From: a virus
Lineage: Duplodnaviria; Caudoviricetes
Reading direction: 5' to 3' (one strand)
DNA: 64,000 nt
Virus record (IMG/VR): IMGVR_UViG_2724679363_000011
Location: 1-64,000 of that record
The first letter of the stretch is position 1; every line of letters begins with the position of its first letter. Positions 38,295-46,293 of the stretch are shown here, piece by piece. The notes below the pieces were generated by a model. It did no database searches and had not been told where the DNA came from. It saw nothing but the letters and a program-made list of their open reading frames with translations. Position numbers and translations under genes: made by a program.

Positions 38295-39296
38295 ATGCAT
38301 ATCATGAGAATGACAAAAGAATTACGTGCTGAGGTATTTCGGCTTAAACAATCAGGCATCGGTTATAAACGGATAGCCGATATGACTAATTTGAATTTGA
38401 GCACGGTCAAAAGCGCCTGTAAGCGGTCGGGGTTATTTGCTGATAATCCCGAGCATACAGCGATGTTTGAGATACCAGAGAAGCAATACAGCACTGCACT
38501 TATAGTGCCCAAACCCTTACCAGTGCAGCGGCGTATTACGGGAGATAAGCAGACCGACGCCTATTTGTGGGTGTTGGAGGTTATCAATACCGGCGAACCG
38601 GGACATATTGTGGCGGCAGAGGAAGCTTTACACAAACTGACTATATCCCCCAAAGATGCTCGTGATAATTACACACGTTATTTGGAAGCGAATGGTGCGG
38701 GATGGACTGCCAGCTTTTCCACACTAATGATGGGCGACCCGCAGCATTATATAGACAGGGCCAGAACCCAATTTACTCGTGCAGCAGAGGTCAGGGGGAC
38801 ATTTGGCAGCTATGAGGCTGCATTGGAACCTACCAAAGCTGAACAACTCATGGAGATGGTCTGTGGTGATATTTATGATAATGATTTTGGCTGGACACCT
38901 GAGGAAAAAAAGAAGGGATGCATTGAGGGTAAGCGAGTTACTGATGTATGGGACCTGCGAGCGGAAGCGTCAAAGGGTTTCGCTGGGGTTTTACCAGAGC
39001 CTCATACGCTCTCTGATGTCGTAAGGGAGTTTCAATATTGGCAATGGTTATATACGGTTCGTAATGCTGCTTGCAAAGAAATGGACCCTGGTGGATATGG
39101 TTATGATTGTGAGGGGCCTATATCTGACCGTGAAACCTATCTTGATAAGAAGCTTGAAATCATCCGCCCTCGCCATCAACGAGAGGCACTGGATGTATTG
39201 AAATGGTATTTGCAAAGTGAGCGACATCAGAGTTTTTCAGGATCAGATAATGATGCGGTATATCTGAATTTGATAGGAGTGCATGAGTGCGTATAG
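38295..39296 (+). CDS. Hypothetical protein with N-terminal HTH
   Basis: LKQSGIGYKRIADMTNLNLSTVKSACKR HTH; start may be 38295, 38304 or 38310. Confidence 0.72.
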   Translation: MHIMRMTKELRAEVFRLKQSGIGYKRIADMTNLNLSTVKSACKRSGLFADNPEHTAMFEIPEKQYSTALIVPKPLPVQRRITGDKQTDAYLWVLEVINTGEPGHIVAAEEALHKLTISPKDARDNYTRYLEANGAGWTASFSTLMMGDPQHYIDRARTQFTRAAEVRGTFGSYEAALEPTKAEQLMEMVCGDIYDNDFGWTPEEKKKGCIEGKRVTDVWDLRAEASKGFAGVLPEPHTLSDVVREFQYWQWLYTVRNAACKEMDPGGYGYDCEGPISDRETYLDKKLEIIRPRHQREALDVLKWYLQSERHQSFSGSDNDAVYLNLIGVHECV

Positions 39297-39484
39297 GGGA
39301 TGCAAAAGCAGAAGCATTGGAATAGACGGGGATCTGGTGATGAATGCACCTGTAATAAACGACTTTGTTAAATAAATCAATTAACGTCGCCTAACGTGCT
39401 GTCATTGTGGAAGATATTACCGTTATTTACTCATTTATCGTTACGATTTATGGTAATATATCTACATAGCTAATCAATATAAAT

Positions 39485-39518
39485 AGTGAGTCGTATATTA
39501 AATACGGCTCGCTTTTTT
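39485..39518 (+). terminator. Intrinsic terminator in the leader of Q
   Basis: AGTGAGTCGTAT-ATTAA-ATACGGCTCGCT plus T tract, ~40 bp before the Q start. Confidence 0.75.
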
Positions 39519-39557
39519 ATTGGGTAACGTCCAGGGATTCAGAGGGGTATCCATAAT

Positions 39558-39983
39558 ATGCGTGATATTCAATTGGTATTAGAACGCTGGGGCGGTTGGG
39601 CAGCAAATGAAGATAGTGGCGTAGGTTACTCCCCCATTGCAGCAGGATTTAAAGGTCTGTTACCCAGTACCACAAAATCACGGTTGTCGTGCTGTGATAA
39701 TGATGGGTTGTTAGTCGATGCTGCTATAGGCAGGCTAAAAAAGGCAGGACGCAGCGAAGAGTATAATCTGATAGAGCAGCATTATAAAAAGGGTATATCA
39801 AAGTCAGCGATTGCCAGGAAGCATAAATGCTCAGAGGGTAAGATTCGGTTAAAACTCATGCTGGCTGAAACTTTTGTAGATGCCTGTTTGATTATGGCAG
39901 GGGCTAAGTTAGAAATGGATGAGTGGACGCATAAATCTGATAGTACAAAACTGTATCAGACCTGTTCTGACAATGCTCTGTAG
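39558..39983 (+). CDS. Q: Antitermination protein Q (933W-like family)
   Basis: MRDIQLVLERWGGWAA...SPIAAGFKGLLP...CCDNDGL. Confidence 0.9.
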   Translation: MRDIQLVLERWGGWAANEDSGVGYSPIAAGFKGLLPSTTKSRLSCCDNDGLLVDAAIGRLKKAGRSEEYNLIEQHYKKGISKSAIARKHKCSEGKIRLKLMLAETFVDACLIMAGAKLEMDEWTHKSDSTKLYQTCSDNAL

Positions 39984-40048
39984 CAAGGATTGGATAAATA
40001 TTAGCGTCGGTTAAGGGCGAGAAGTGGACGCTAACTGAGCTATTCATT

Positions 40049-40132
40049 GGGAAGCAGATCAACTTAGCGTCGCCCTAGTCAAATAAAAGCCCCCCTTTAC
40101 TTGGAGTTGATCTGCTCCCGCTTGATTAACAC
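40049..40132. mobile_element. Back-to-back inverted ends resembling IS3-family (IS407 group) termini, no transposase
   Basis: GGGAAGCAGATCAACT (40049-40064) and AGTTGATCTGCTCCC (40105-40119); TGATCTGCTCCC..TTGATTA resembles an IS left end from memory. Confidence 0.45.
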
Positions 40133-40301
40133 AATTAACTGTTTGTAACGTCTGCTTTCTAGCACGAAACTGCCCACTTCAGCACCAAAGGTACCGCTAT
40201 GAACGAAATGCAGACTTTATGTCAGCAAACTATCATTCAACAACTCCATTTCTTATCAAGCGATATGAACAGATGGATGATGGCCTGGAAAATGCGGGAT
40301 A

Positions 40302-41222
40302 TTACGGCTTAACCAATGAACGAATAAGCGCGCAAATGTCCCGCATTAGATTCCGTGCTGTCGGGCTTATCCCCCCAAGCTGAAAGAAACCGTGAATGAC
40401 GCCGAAATAGCGTTGTGCTGTGCAATTTACCCCTTGCTGAGTAAGGCGGACAAATAGCGCTTCACCTTCATCGCGCAACGGGTCGTATTCCGCTGTAACG
40501 ATATGCACTGGTGGCAACGCAGATAAATCACCATGCAGTAACGGGCTGACTTCAGGATGAGTAAATTCAGTATGAGGAAAATAGGCTTCGAAACCGCTAA
40601 GTAGCGTGTCGCTTGTTAGCACATAATCGTTACCATTTAGCTTGTGGCTTTCAAATGATGCAGTTGCATCCAGCATGGGGTAAATAAGTACCAACTGCTG
40701 GGGCAGCCATTGTTTGGTGTTTCTCAATCGAAGTGCTGTTATCAGGGCAAGATGGCCTCCCGCGCTATCCCCCATTAATGTTATATGGTTTCGATCAATG
40801 CCCAACGCTTGTGCGTGTTGCCAAACAATGTTCGCAGCATGTTCCGCATCATCATGTGCAGCTGGATAAGTATGTTCTGGAGCTAAACGATATTGTACCG
40901 CAACGACTCTACAACCACTCAGGAAGGCAAGTTGTCGCAGCTGATTATCATGTGTTAAAAAACCGCCACTCACAAAACAACCACCATGATAATAGACAAT
41001 CGCAGGCAAAAACCCCCCCTCATTTAAGGGCGATACGATACGCAACGAAATCCCTTGAATAACCATATCTTCAACATTTACGCGCTGCTCAATATCACCG
41101 GACAGAGCTGTGCTTGCAACATACGTGGCACGACGTTCTTCAAATGTCTGATTACGAGATGACGGGCGACCTGCTGCGATAAAGTCGTCAACAAGCCTAG
41201 CGATTGCCGGCTCCAGAGTCAT
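40302..41222 (-). CDS. Alpha/beta hydrolase, HSL family (Aes-like acetyl esterase)
   Basis: HGGCF oxyanion motif, YRLAPEH, GDSAGG nucleophile, DPLRDEG, HGF. Confidence 0.93.
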   Translation of the reverse strand: MTLEPAIARLVDDFIAAGRPSSRNQTFEERRATYVASTALSGDIEQRVNVEDMVIQGISLRIVSPLNEGGFLPAIVYYHGGCFVSGGFLTHDNQLRQLAFLSGCRVVAVQYRLAPEHTYPAAHDDAEHAANIVWQHAQALGIDRNHITLMGDSAGGHLALITALRLRNTKQWLPQQLVLIYPMLDATASFESHKLNGNDYVLTSDTLLSGFEAYFPHTEFTHPEVSPLLHGDLSALPPVHIVTAEYDPLRDEGEALFVRLTQQGVNCTAQRYFGVIHGFFQLGGISPTARNLMRDICALIRSLVKP

Positions 41223-41533
41223 GAGGTTGTCTCCCAGATTGAGAATATTTTGAAAAGCTAATTCAGGAGTGTAATTTGCCAGGAAGAATATGAAAAGTCA
41301 GGAAACCAATATTCATAATACCAAATCTTAAATCAGTGCTACTTCCTGTAGTTAATCACACGATTTATCTGGGGCGTTATCTTCTGACAAGTAAGTGTTG
41401 CCTCGCTGTATTAGTATGTTTTAGTGCGTTGAATGTCCGGTATTGGCACCGAGCTGGCTGTCAGATCTGATTGGCCCAGAGTTCAATGGGTGTAACAGTA
41501 AGTATGAACTAATAAAAAAACGTATAAAAAACT

Positions 41534-41570
41534 ATTCGTTACGAATTTTACCTATTACTCTGCTAAGAGT
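41534..41570 (+). promoter_or_regulatory. Late promoter pR' of element 2
   Basis: Palindrome ATTCGTTACGAAT, -10-like TACTCT (41556), pause-like TAAGAGT; terminator at ~41606-41635; layout like 933W-family pR'. Confidence 0.65.
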
Positions 41571-41699
41571 GGTTACTTTGTCACGTAGCTTACACAATTA
41601 AAAAGACCTCGCCATCGTGCGGGGTTTTGCATTTTATGCACCCTAAAATCGAGAAGCCCCGACAATCGAGTATTCATTGTCAGGACTTTCTTATTTGAG

Positions 41700-42215
41700 T
41701 CAGAATGAAGTCCATTCTTGTGAATCAAGGATTTTTAAAGCACCAGAAGACTGACCTACTCTGCGTAGGATGATCACTTCGCGTGACTTGCTTAAATCAG
41801 GGTGATTACGATTTCTCGTGCATGGTAGGGTAACTTCTTTTAATACCGATTTACCTACATGAAGATTGTTAGGCGTTCTGCAGCATCCTGATAATTCAAG
41901 AGACTCTTGCAGGCTTAAACTCATAGCTTTTTCCTCTGGGAGTCCGCAAACGTAAATTAATTCATCCACATCAGCAACAAGATGTTCTTCTTCGATATCA
42001 ATTTCATACACTACGAAAAAATCGTCATTTTTCTCGTAGGCAACTTTGTTTGCCATGTAGGCCGCATAACCAGGGTGGTTAGTTAGATATACAAATCCAT
42101 TCGTAGTTGGAAGAACGCTGTTATATCCATAGGTTCTCGCTATGTTGCACGCGATGTACCCGCTTGACTCTATAAGTAAAGATGCTGAATGTGATGTTCC
42201 GTGATAAAGCTTCAT
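41700..42215 (-). CDS. Moron: ADP-ribosyltransferase-fold protein
   Basis: LYHGTS, FVYLT...AAYMA and VVYEIDI motifs; TAAGGA SD. Confidence 0.7.
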   Translation of the reverse strand: MKLYHGTSHSASLLIESSGYIACNIARTYGYNSVLPTTNGFVYLTNHPGYAAYMANKVAYEKNDDFFVVYEIDIEEEHLVADVDELIYVCGLPEEKAMSLSLQESLELSGCCRTPNNLHVGKSVLKEVTLPCTRNRNHPDLSKSREVIILRRVGQSSGALKILDSQEWTSF

Positions 42216-42491
42216 TGTTAATCCTTATTCTCTGATGATCCTAATGTTTAAACGGCCATACTGAAGGTTTCTTTAAGCTTTTTTATTCATTCTATGCATT
42301 AACGCCCTAATTATCGGGCTTATTATTTTTGCTGTAGACCCAAAGCCACAGATGAAATCTTTCGTTTAGGCTCTACCGCTCTTGAAATCCATTAGCAAAG
42401 TTTGGGCTCTCAGCCGAATGTGGTGAATACACGACATTTTACAAATGATTAAAAGGGCATAGAATGATTACTCCTCTAAATTGGAGGTTTT

Positions 42492-42611
42492 ATGTTCAAG
42501 AAGATTTTAAACAGTAAGCTAGCGGGTTATATCGTAGGAATATTGATTGCGATTGGCCTTGGCGAAAGCTTCATCACTACTCGCGAAGAAGCTGAGAAAT
42601 TTGCTAAATAA
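42492..42611 (+). CDS. 39-aa single-TM peptide (not in ORF track)
   Basis: MFKKILNSKLAGYIVGILIAIGLGESFITTREEAEKFAK; GGAGGT SD; terminator 42628-42651. Confidence 0.65.
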   Translation: MFKKILNSKLAGYIVGILIAIGLGESFITTREEAEKFAK

Positions 42612-42819
42612 TTCAGTAATCAAGTTTAAGGCTCACTTCGGTGGGCCTTTTGTATTTTAAGGGTTACAGCCAGCACATTGCTTTGTATTGCTCCTGAAAT
42701 GTAACCATAACTGTAATAATTTGAGACAATCAAGCACATTCAGTGGTTTATTGGTAAGCAAGATAATCTGTACAATAAATAACCTACACTTAATGGGGCA
42801 TCTTAACTTTGAGGTTTTT

Positions 42820-43026
42820 ATGATCCCTAAGGGAGATAGCTTAAATGCTACATGCGATTACGTAAGTAGGTTAATCGGCGAAGCAGTTATTAAATTTCGC
42901 GTAAGTGGAGAAAATATCGACTTGAATAATTTAGTACAACATTTCAAGTCTGAATTTTTACAAGAGCAAAATGAAGAACGTAAATTTTATTTGAGTTTAG
43001 CTATTGGAATGCTTTCTGTAGATTAG
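42820..43026 (+). CDS. Small helical protein, weakly AriR/YmgB-like
   Basis: LIGEAVIKFRVSGENIDLNNLVQHF pattern; GAGGT SD; AT-rich. Confidence 0.5.
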   Translation: MIPKGDSLNATCDYVSRLIGEAVIKFRVSGENIDLNNLVQHFKSEFLQEQNEERKFYLSLAIGMLSVD

Positions 43027-43277
43027 TTATCAATAGAAATTAGATTTTTCGGTAAGCATCTTTGGTTTTTTCATGTCAAATATCCTGTTAATTTAAAATT
43101 AATTAGAATTATCTTCATTTAATTGCACGATTTTCATAATATTGTCCGAGATTCTCATTGCTTCCTACTCATTTAGGCGTAGGGTTGAACTCACAACGAT
43201 TTACCCCTGTTGTATGTGACTTTAGAGGATTTTGCCCGCTTCGTAGGGGCATTTTTTTGTTTATATATTAACATATT

Positions 43278-43354
43278 ACGCCATTAGCTCATCAGGATAG
43301 AGCGCCAGCTTTCTAAGCTGACGGTGCGTGGTTCAAGTCCGCGATGGCGTACCA
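43278..43354 (+). tRNA. Phage-borne tRNA-Arg, anticodon UCU
   Basis: ACGCCAT/ATGGCGT acceptor, GCTC/GAGC D stem with A20, anticodon loop TT-TCT-AA, GTTCAAGTCC T loop, encoded CCA; C-A mismatch at top of anticodon stem. Confidence 0.88.
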
Positions 43355-43360
43355 AATTTT

Positions 43361-43388
43361 AGCCCTAGCTTAACCGCTGGGGCTTTTT
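43361..43388 (+). terminator. Terminator after tRNA
   Basis: AGCCCTAGC-TTAACC-GCTGGGGCT plus T tract. Confidence 0.78.
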
Positions 43389-43507
43389 CGTTTTAGCCCA
43401 TCAGTCACCCAATCAACTCCACACACACTATTAACAGATGAGTGGCTTCACTGGTGGGCTAAATTCCTTAAACACACGCCCAACCCGCAGGCCGGGAGGG
43501 GGAGACT

Positions 43508-43825
43508 ATGCGAATGGAACCAGTTACCTCTCAAAACCTGCCTTATTGGTGGTCATTAGCGCTTGGCGTTTTCTCATTACTATCCCTACAGGAGTACATC
43601 TTTATCCTGGGTGCAATTATCTCTGCTTTCTTCACGATAAAAACGTATTACGCCAAACGGCGTGAAGAGAAAGCCCGGTTAATTGAAGAGCAAAAGCGTA
43701 CAGAAATACTGCGGGAGTTCCTCAATGACGCGACCACCCGCCCGATAGCGGATCGCTCAGCGGCTGTGGAGATTGTTGCAGAAGCAATAAAGCGTAACGA
43801 GGAACTATATGAACAAGCTAAGTAA
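43508..43825 (+). CDS. Holin (HP1-like) with Met-Arg-Met start
   Basis: Two hydrophobic segments, YYAKRREE...RTEILREFL motif; precedes endolysin. Confidence 0.8.
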   Translation: MRMEPVTSQNLPYWWSLALGVFSLLSLQEYIFILGAIISAFFTIKTYYAKRREEKARLIEEQKRTEILREFLNDATTRPIADRSAAVEIVAEAIKRNEELYEQAK

Positions 43826-44315
43826 GGCCGGTGGCTTGTGTTCTGTGGCAGCAATCATTGCTCTCGTTGTATCCAATGGCAACGTCAGAACAAGCGAACG
43901 GGGATTAGAGCTGATAGGCAATGCTGAGTCATGCCGCCGTGATCCGTATGTTTGCCCCGCAGGTATTATCACAGATGGGGTGGGAAACACTCACAGCGTC
44001 ATACCTGGCACCAGAAAGACTGATGCACAGATAGTGGCTGATTGGGAAAAAAACATCATTGATGCTGAGCGCTGCGTTATTCGTTATGCGAACGGCAATA
44101 AATTACCGCCAGGTGCTTTTGATGCTGCTACGTCTATCACCTTTAACGCTGGTTGCCCATCGATGCAGAAATCCACCATGTTCCAGTATTTCCGTGCTGG
44201 CAATGTGACGGCAGCTTGCGAACAGTTCCCGCGCTGGGTATATGGCGGTGGTAAGAAATTGCCGGGGCTGGTGACGCGCCGCGATAAGGAACGGGCGCTA
44301 TGCCTAACAAAATAG
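43809..44315 (+). CDS. R: SAR endolysin (GH24)
   Basis: CSVAAIIALV SAR segment; ESCRRDPYVCPAGIIT (E-x8-C-x5-T); GLVTRRDKERALCL. Confidence 0.92.
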   Translation: MNKLSKAGGLCSVAAIIALVVSNGNVRTSERGLELIGNAESCRRDPYVCPAGIITDGVGNTHSVIPGTRKTDAQIVADWEKNIIDAERCVIRYANGNKLPPGAFDAATSITFNAGCPSMQKSTMFQYFRAGNVTAACEQFPRWVYGGGKKLPGLVTRRDKERALCLTK

Positions 44316-44635
44316 CCGGTGGGATTATTGCTTTGCTGGTTGTCATTGTGTCGGCTCTGCTCTTTAACAGTTACCGCCTCTCAAATAAGGTCGAGAATAC
44401 GGAAAAAGACCTGAGAGCCGAGCGAAACACTAACGTTGCACTGGGTAACATTATCGATGCCTACAGTGCTAATGATGCCGCCAACCGAGCAGCTACAGAC
44501 CGGCAGTTAGAGAACGAGAGGAAGTTACGCAATGAAAGTGACGAGCGACTCCGGCGTTTCAAAGCTTCGGCGGCGAGTGATGATTGTTCTATCAAGCCTC
44601 TGCCTGACGCTAGCATTGTCATCCTGCAAGAATAG
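44300..44635 (+). CDS. Rz: Inner-membrane spanin (DUF2570-like)
   Basis: N-terminal TM, coiled coil, DDCSIKPLP. Confidence 0.82.
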   Translation: MPNKIAGGIIALLVVIVSALLFNSYRLSNKVENTEKDLRAERNTNVALGNIIDAYSANDAANRAATDRQLENERKLRNESDERLRRFKASAASDDCSIKPLPDASIVILQE

Positions 44636-44837
44636 CCCACAGCATAAGTCAGCCGAATTAATCCAGTTATGGCCCCCTGAATCAGCATTAACTCAATGCG
44701 AGGTACCGGAGTTCGTCGGTACCACTTGGGGCGATAGCGGGCTTTATGCGCTAGCCCTCAAGCGTGAGCTGCGGATCTGTAAGGGGCGGCTTGATGAGGT
44801 TATTAGCTGGCGACAGAACGCGGAGAGAAAGCAGTGA
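44580..44837 (+). CDS. Rz1: Outer-membrane spanin lipoprotein
   Basis: Lipobox LSSC; PPESALTQC...GTTWGD...LRICKGR. Confidence 0.82.
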   Translation: MIVLSSLCLTLALSSCKNSPQHKSAELIQLWPPESALTQCEVPEFVGTTWGDSGLYALALKRELRICKGRLDEVISWRQNAERKQ

Positions 44838-45031
44838 AGGTACCCGTTCAGAAATCAGTTAACCCCACTATTCGCGCTGAGTATGCGGAAGAAGCTTACA
44901 AAGAATATCGCGCTCAATTTGGCACCCGCCAATCACTTGAACGGTTGTATGAACTCGGTGGCTTTAGTTACCCAGAAATGGTGATGCTTCTATATCAGCG
45001 GGTCAAGCGGTTAGAGGAAAGCGGGAAATAG
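44834..45031 (+). CDS. Hypothetical protein
   Basis: GTGA overlap; QSLERLYELGGFSYPE. Confidence 0.65.
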   Translation: MKVPVQKSVNPTIRAEYAEEAYKEYRAQFGTRQSLERLYELGGFSYPEMVMLLYQRVKRLEESGK

Positions 45032-45294
45032 TATTTAATTAAGTGATAGATAATTAACGAAATTACAGTTATTGGTTCTTTCATTTCTACTATAAATACA
45101 CTTGTTGAGGCCATGGTTATTCTCCAATAGATAAAAGTAAAATTAGTGTTGTATATCTATTGCAGTGGTTATCGACCTTTAATTTTAATATAGGGGAAAA
45201 GTTCGGAACTCTTTCTTATTGTAGAGGTTTAGCCCACCTCCCTAGCCTGTATAGTATACTACACTGACCACCGTCATCTAAAACGCACGCACCA

Positions 45295-45798
45295 AGCCAC
45301 TGGCCTTATAAGCCGGTGGTTTTTCTATTTGGAATCAGCCATGAAAGAGCCAAGGGTGGCATTCATTGAGTGCCATCGATAATGGCTACATAGGAGAAAT
45401 GAAATGACAGAGTTAAACGTAGAAGTCGCTGCTATCACCCCTTCGCAGGCATTGAAACTGAGAGTATTAAAGCTGGTCACAAATGATACTGCTGCGGCTC
45501 GAGAGGCCATTGCATTCGTTGGTGATAGTGAGTTGAAGTATGAGATGTTCGCCCATCAGTTTGCAGCGGTTTATACAGAACAGGGCGTTGTAGCGAAGAC
45601 ATCTAAGGCAATTCAGAACGCAGTAGAAGCACTGTCTCTATTCGAGTAATGGCTTGTTGGGTAAACATGATAACGCGTACCTGGAGCCACTGGTCTTATA
45701 AGCCGGTGGCTTTTCTATTTGGAAGCAGCCATGAAAAAGCTAAGGGTGGCATTCATTAAGTACCATTGATAATGGCTACATAGGAGAAATGAAATGAC
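45295..45798 (+). repeat. 114-bp direct repeat (45295-45408 and 45685-45798): terminator, hairpin, SD and start codon
   Basis: AGCCACTGGYCTTATAAGCCGGTGGYTTTTCTATTTGGAA...GATAATGGCTACATAGGAGAAATGAAATGAC present twice, 390 bp apart. Confidence 0.92.
45404..45649 (+). CDS. Hypothetical protein (81 aa)
   Basis: AGGAG SD supplied by repeat copy 1. Confidence 0.7.
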   Translation: MTELNVEVAAITPSQALKLRVLKLVTNDTAAAREAIAFVGDSELKYEMFAHQFAAVYTEQGVVAKTSKAIQNAVEALSLFE

Positions 45799-46018
45799 GG
45801 AGGAAGAGCAGGCAATACTGATGTTAAAAGGGCTGATTGCATCACTGACGGAGGAGCAACAAAAAAATGCTAAGGACTGCATTGGTATCATCCGAAAGGC
45901 AATCTGTGACTATCCAAACGGTGAAGCTTACCTTGCGGTTGTATTGGTCTACTCCGAGTTGCAACAGATCATTTCGAGTGACCCTACAGAATTGATTGAA
46001 AAATTAAAATTGAAATGA
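45794..46018 (+). CDS. Hypothetical protein (74 aa)
   Basis: AGGAG SD supplied by repeat copy 2. Confidence 0.7.
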   Translation: MTEEEQAILMLKGLIASLTEEQQKNAKDCIGIIRKAICDYPNGEAYLAVVLVYSELQQIISSDPTELIEKLKLK

Positions 46019-46067
46019 CAATCAATACCATTCAAGGTCATGAAATGAGAATGGATATCATTTGTAA

Positions 46068-46228
46068 AGGTACTCCCGGAGGGGGTCCCCACCACGGGGA
46101 GTGGGACTCGCGGAAAACGGCTAGTTTTTGGATTTTGATCGCATCATCAGCAGGTGTCCTATCCATATGATTTTAAATTAAAATATTAAAATTGACCTGA
46201 TGAAATTCAAAATCATATTCATCAGGTT
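46068..46228 (+). other. cos: Lambda-like cos site
   Basis: cosQ-like AGGTACT (46068); cosN CCACG-GGGAGTGGGACT-CGCGG (12-mer 46097-46108; lambda TTACG-GGGCGGCGACCT-CGCGG); R-like inverted repeat ACCTGATGAA/TTCATCAGGT (46195-46228). Confidence 0.8.
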
Positions 46229-46293
46229 ATATGAGGTTAACTATTTGTTTTTAATTGATATATAAGAGGTTGAGCTGGTGGCGAGAGGTGGTG

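Noticed and set aside
43140-43258. Small RNA upstream of the tRNA
   Set aside because: A terminator-like hairpin at 43233-43258 is visible but there is no convincing promoter or recognisable family
44995-45114. 39-aa minus-strand ORF with GGAGA SD in an AT-rich patch
   Set aside because: Runs into the convergent gene and shows no motif; probably a moron remnant, not supportable as a gene
45295-45798. CRISPR array or DGR template/variable repeat pair
   Set aside because: Two copies of a 114-bp non-coding leader; differences are not confined to adenines and there is no reverse transcriptase in the window
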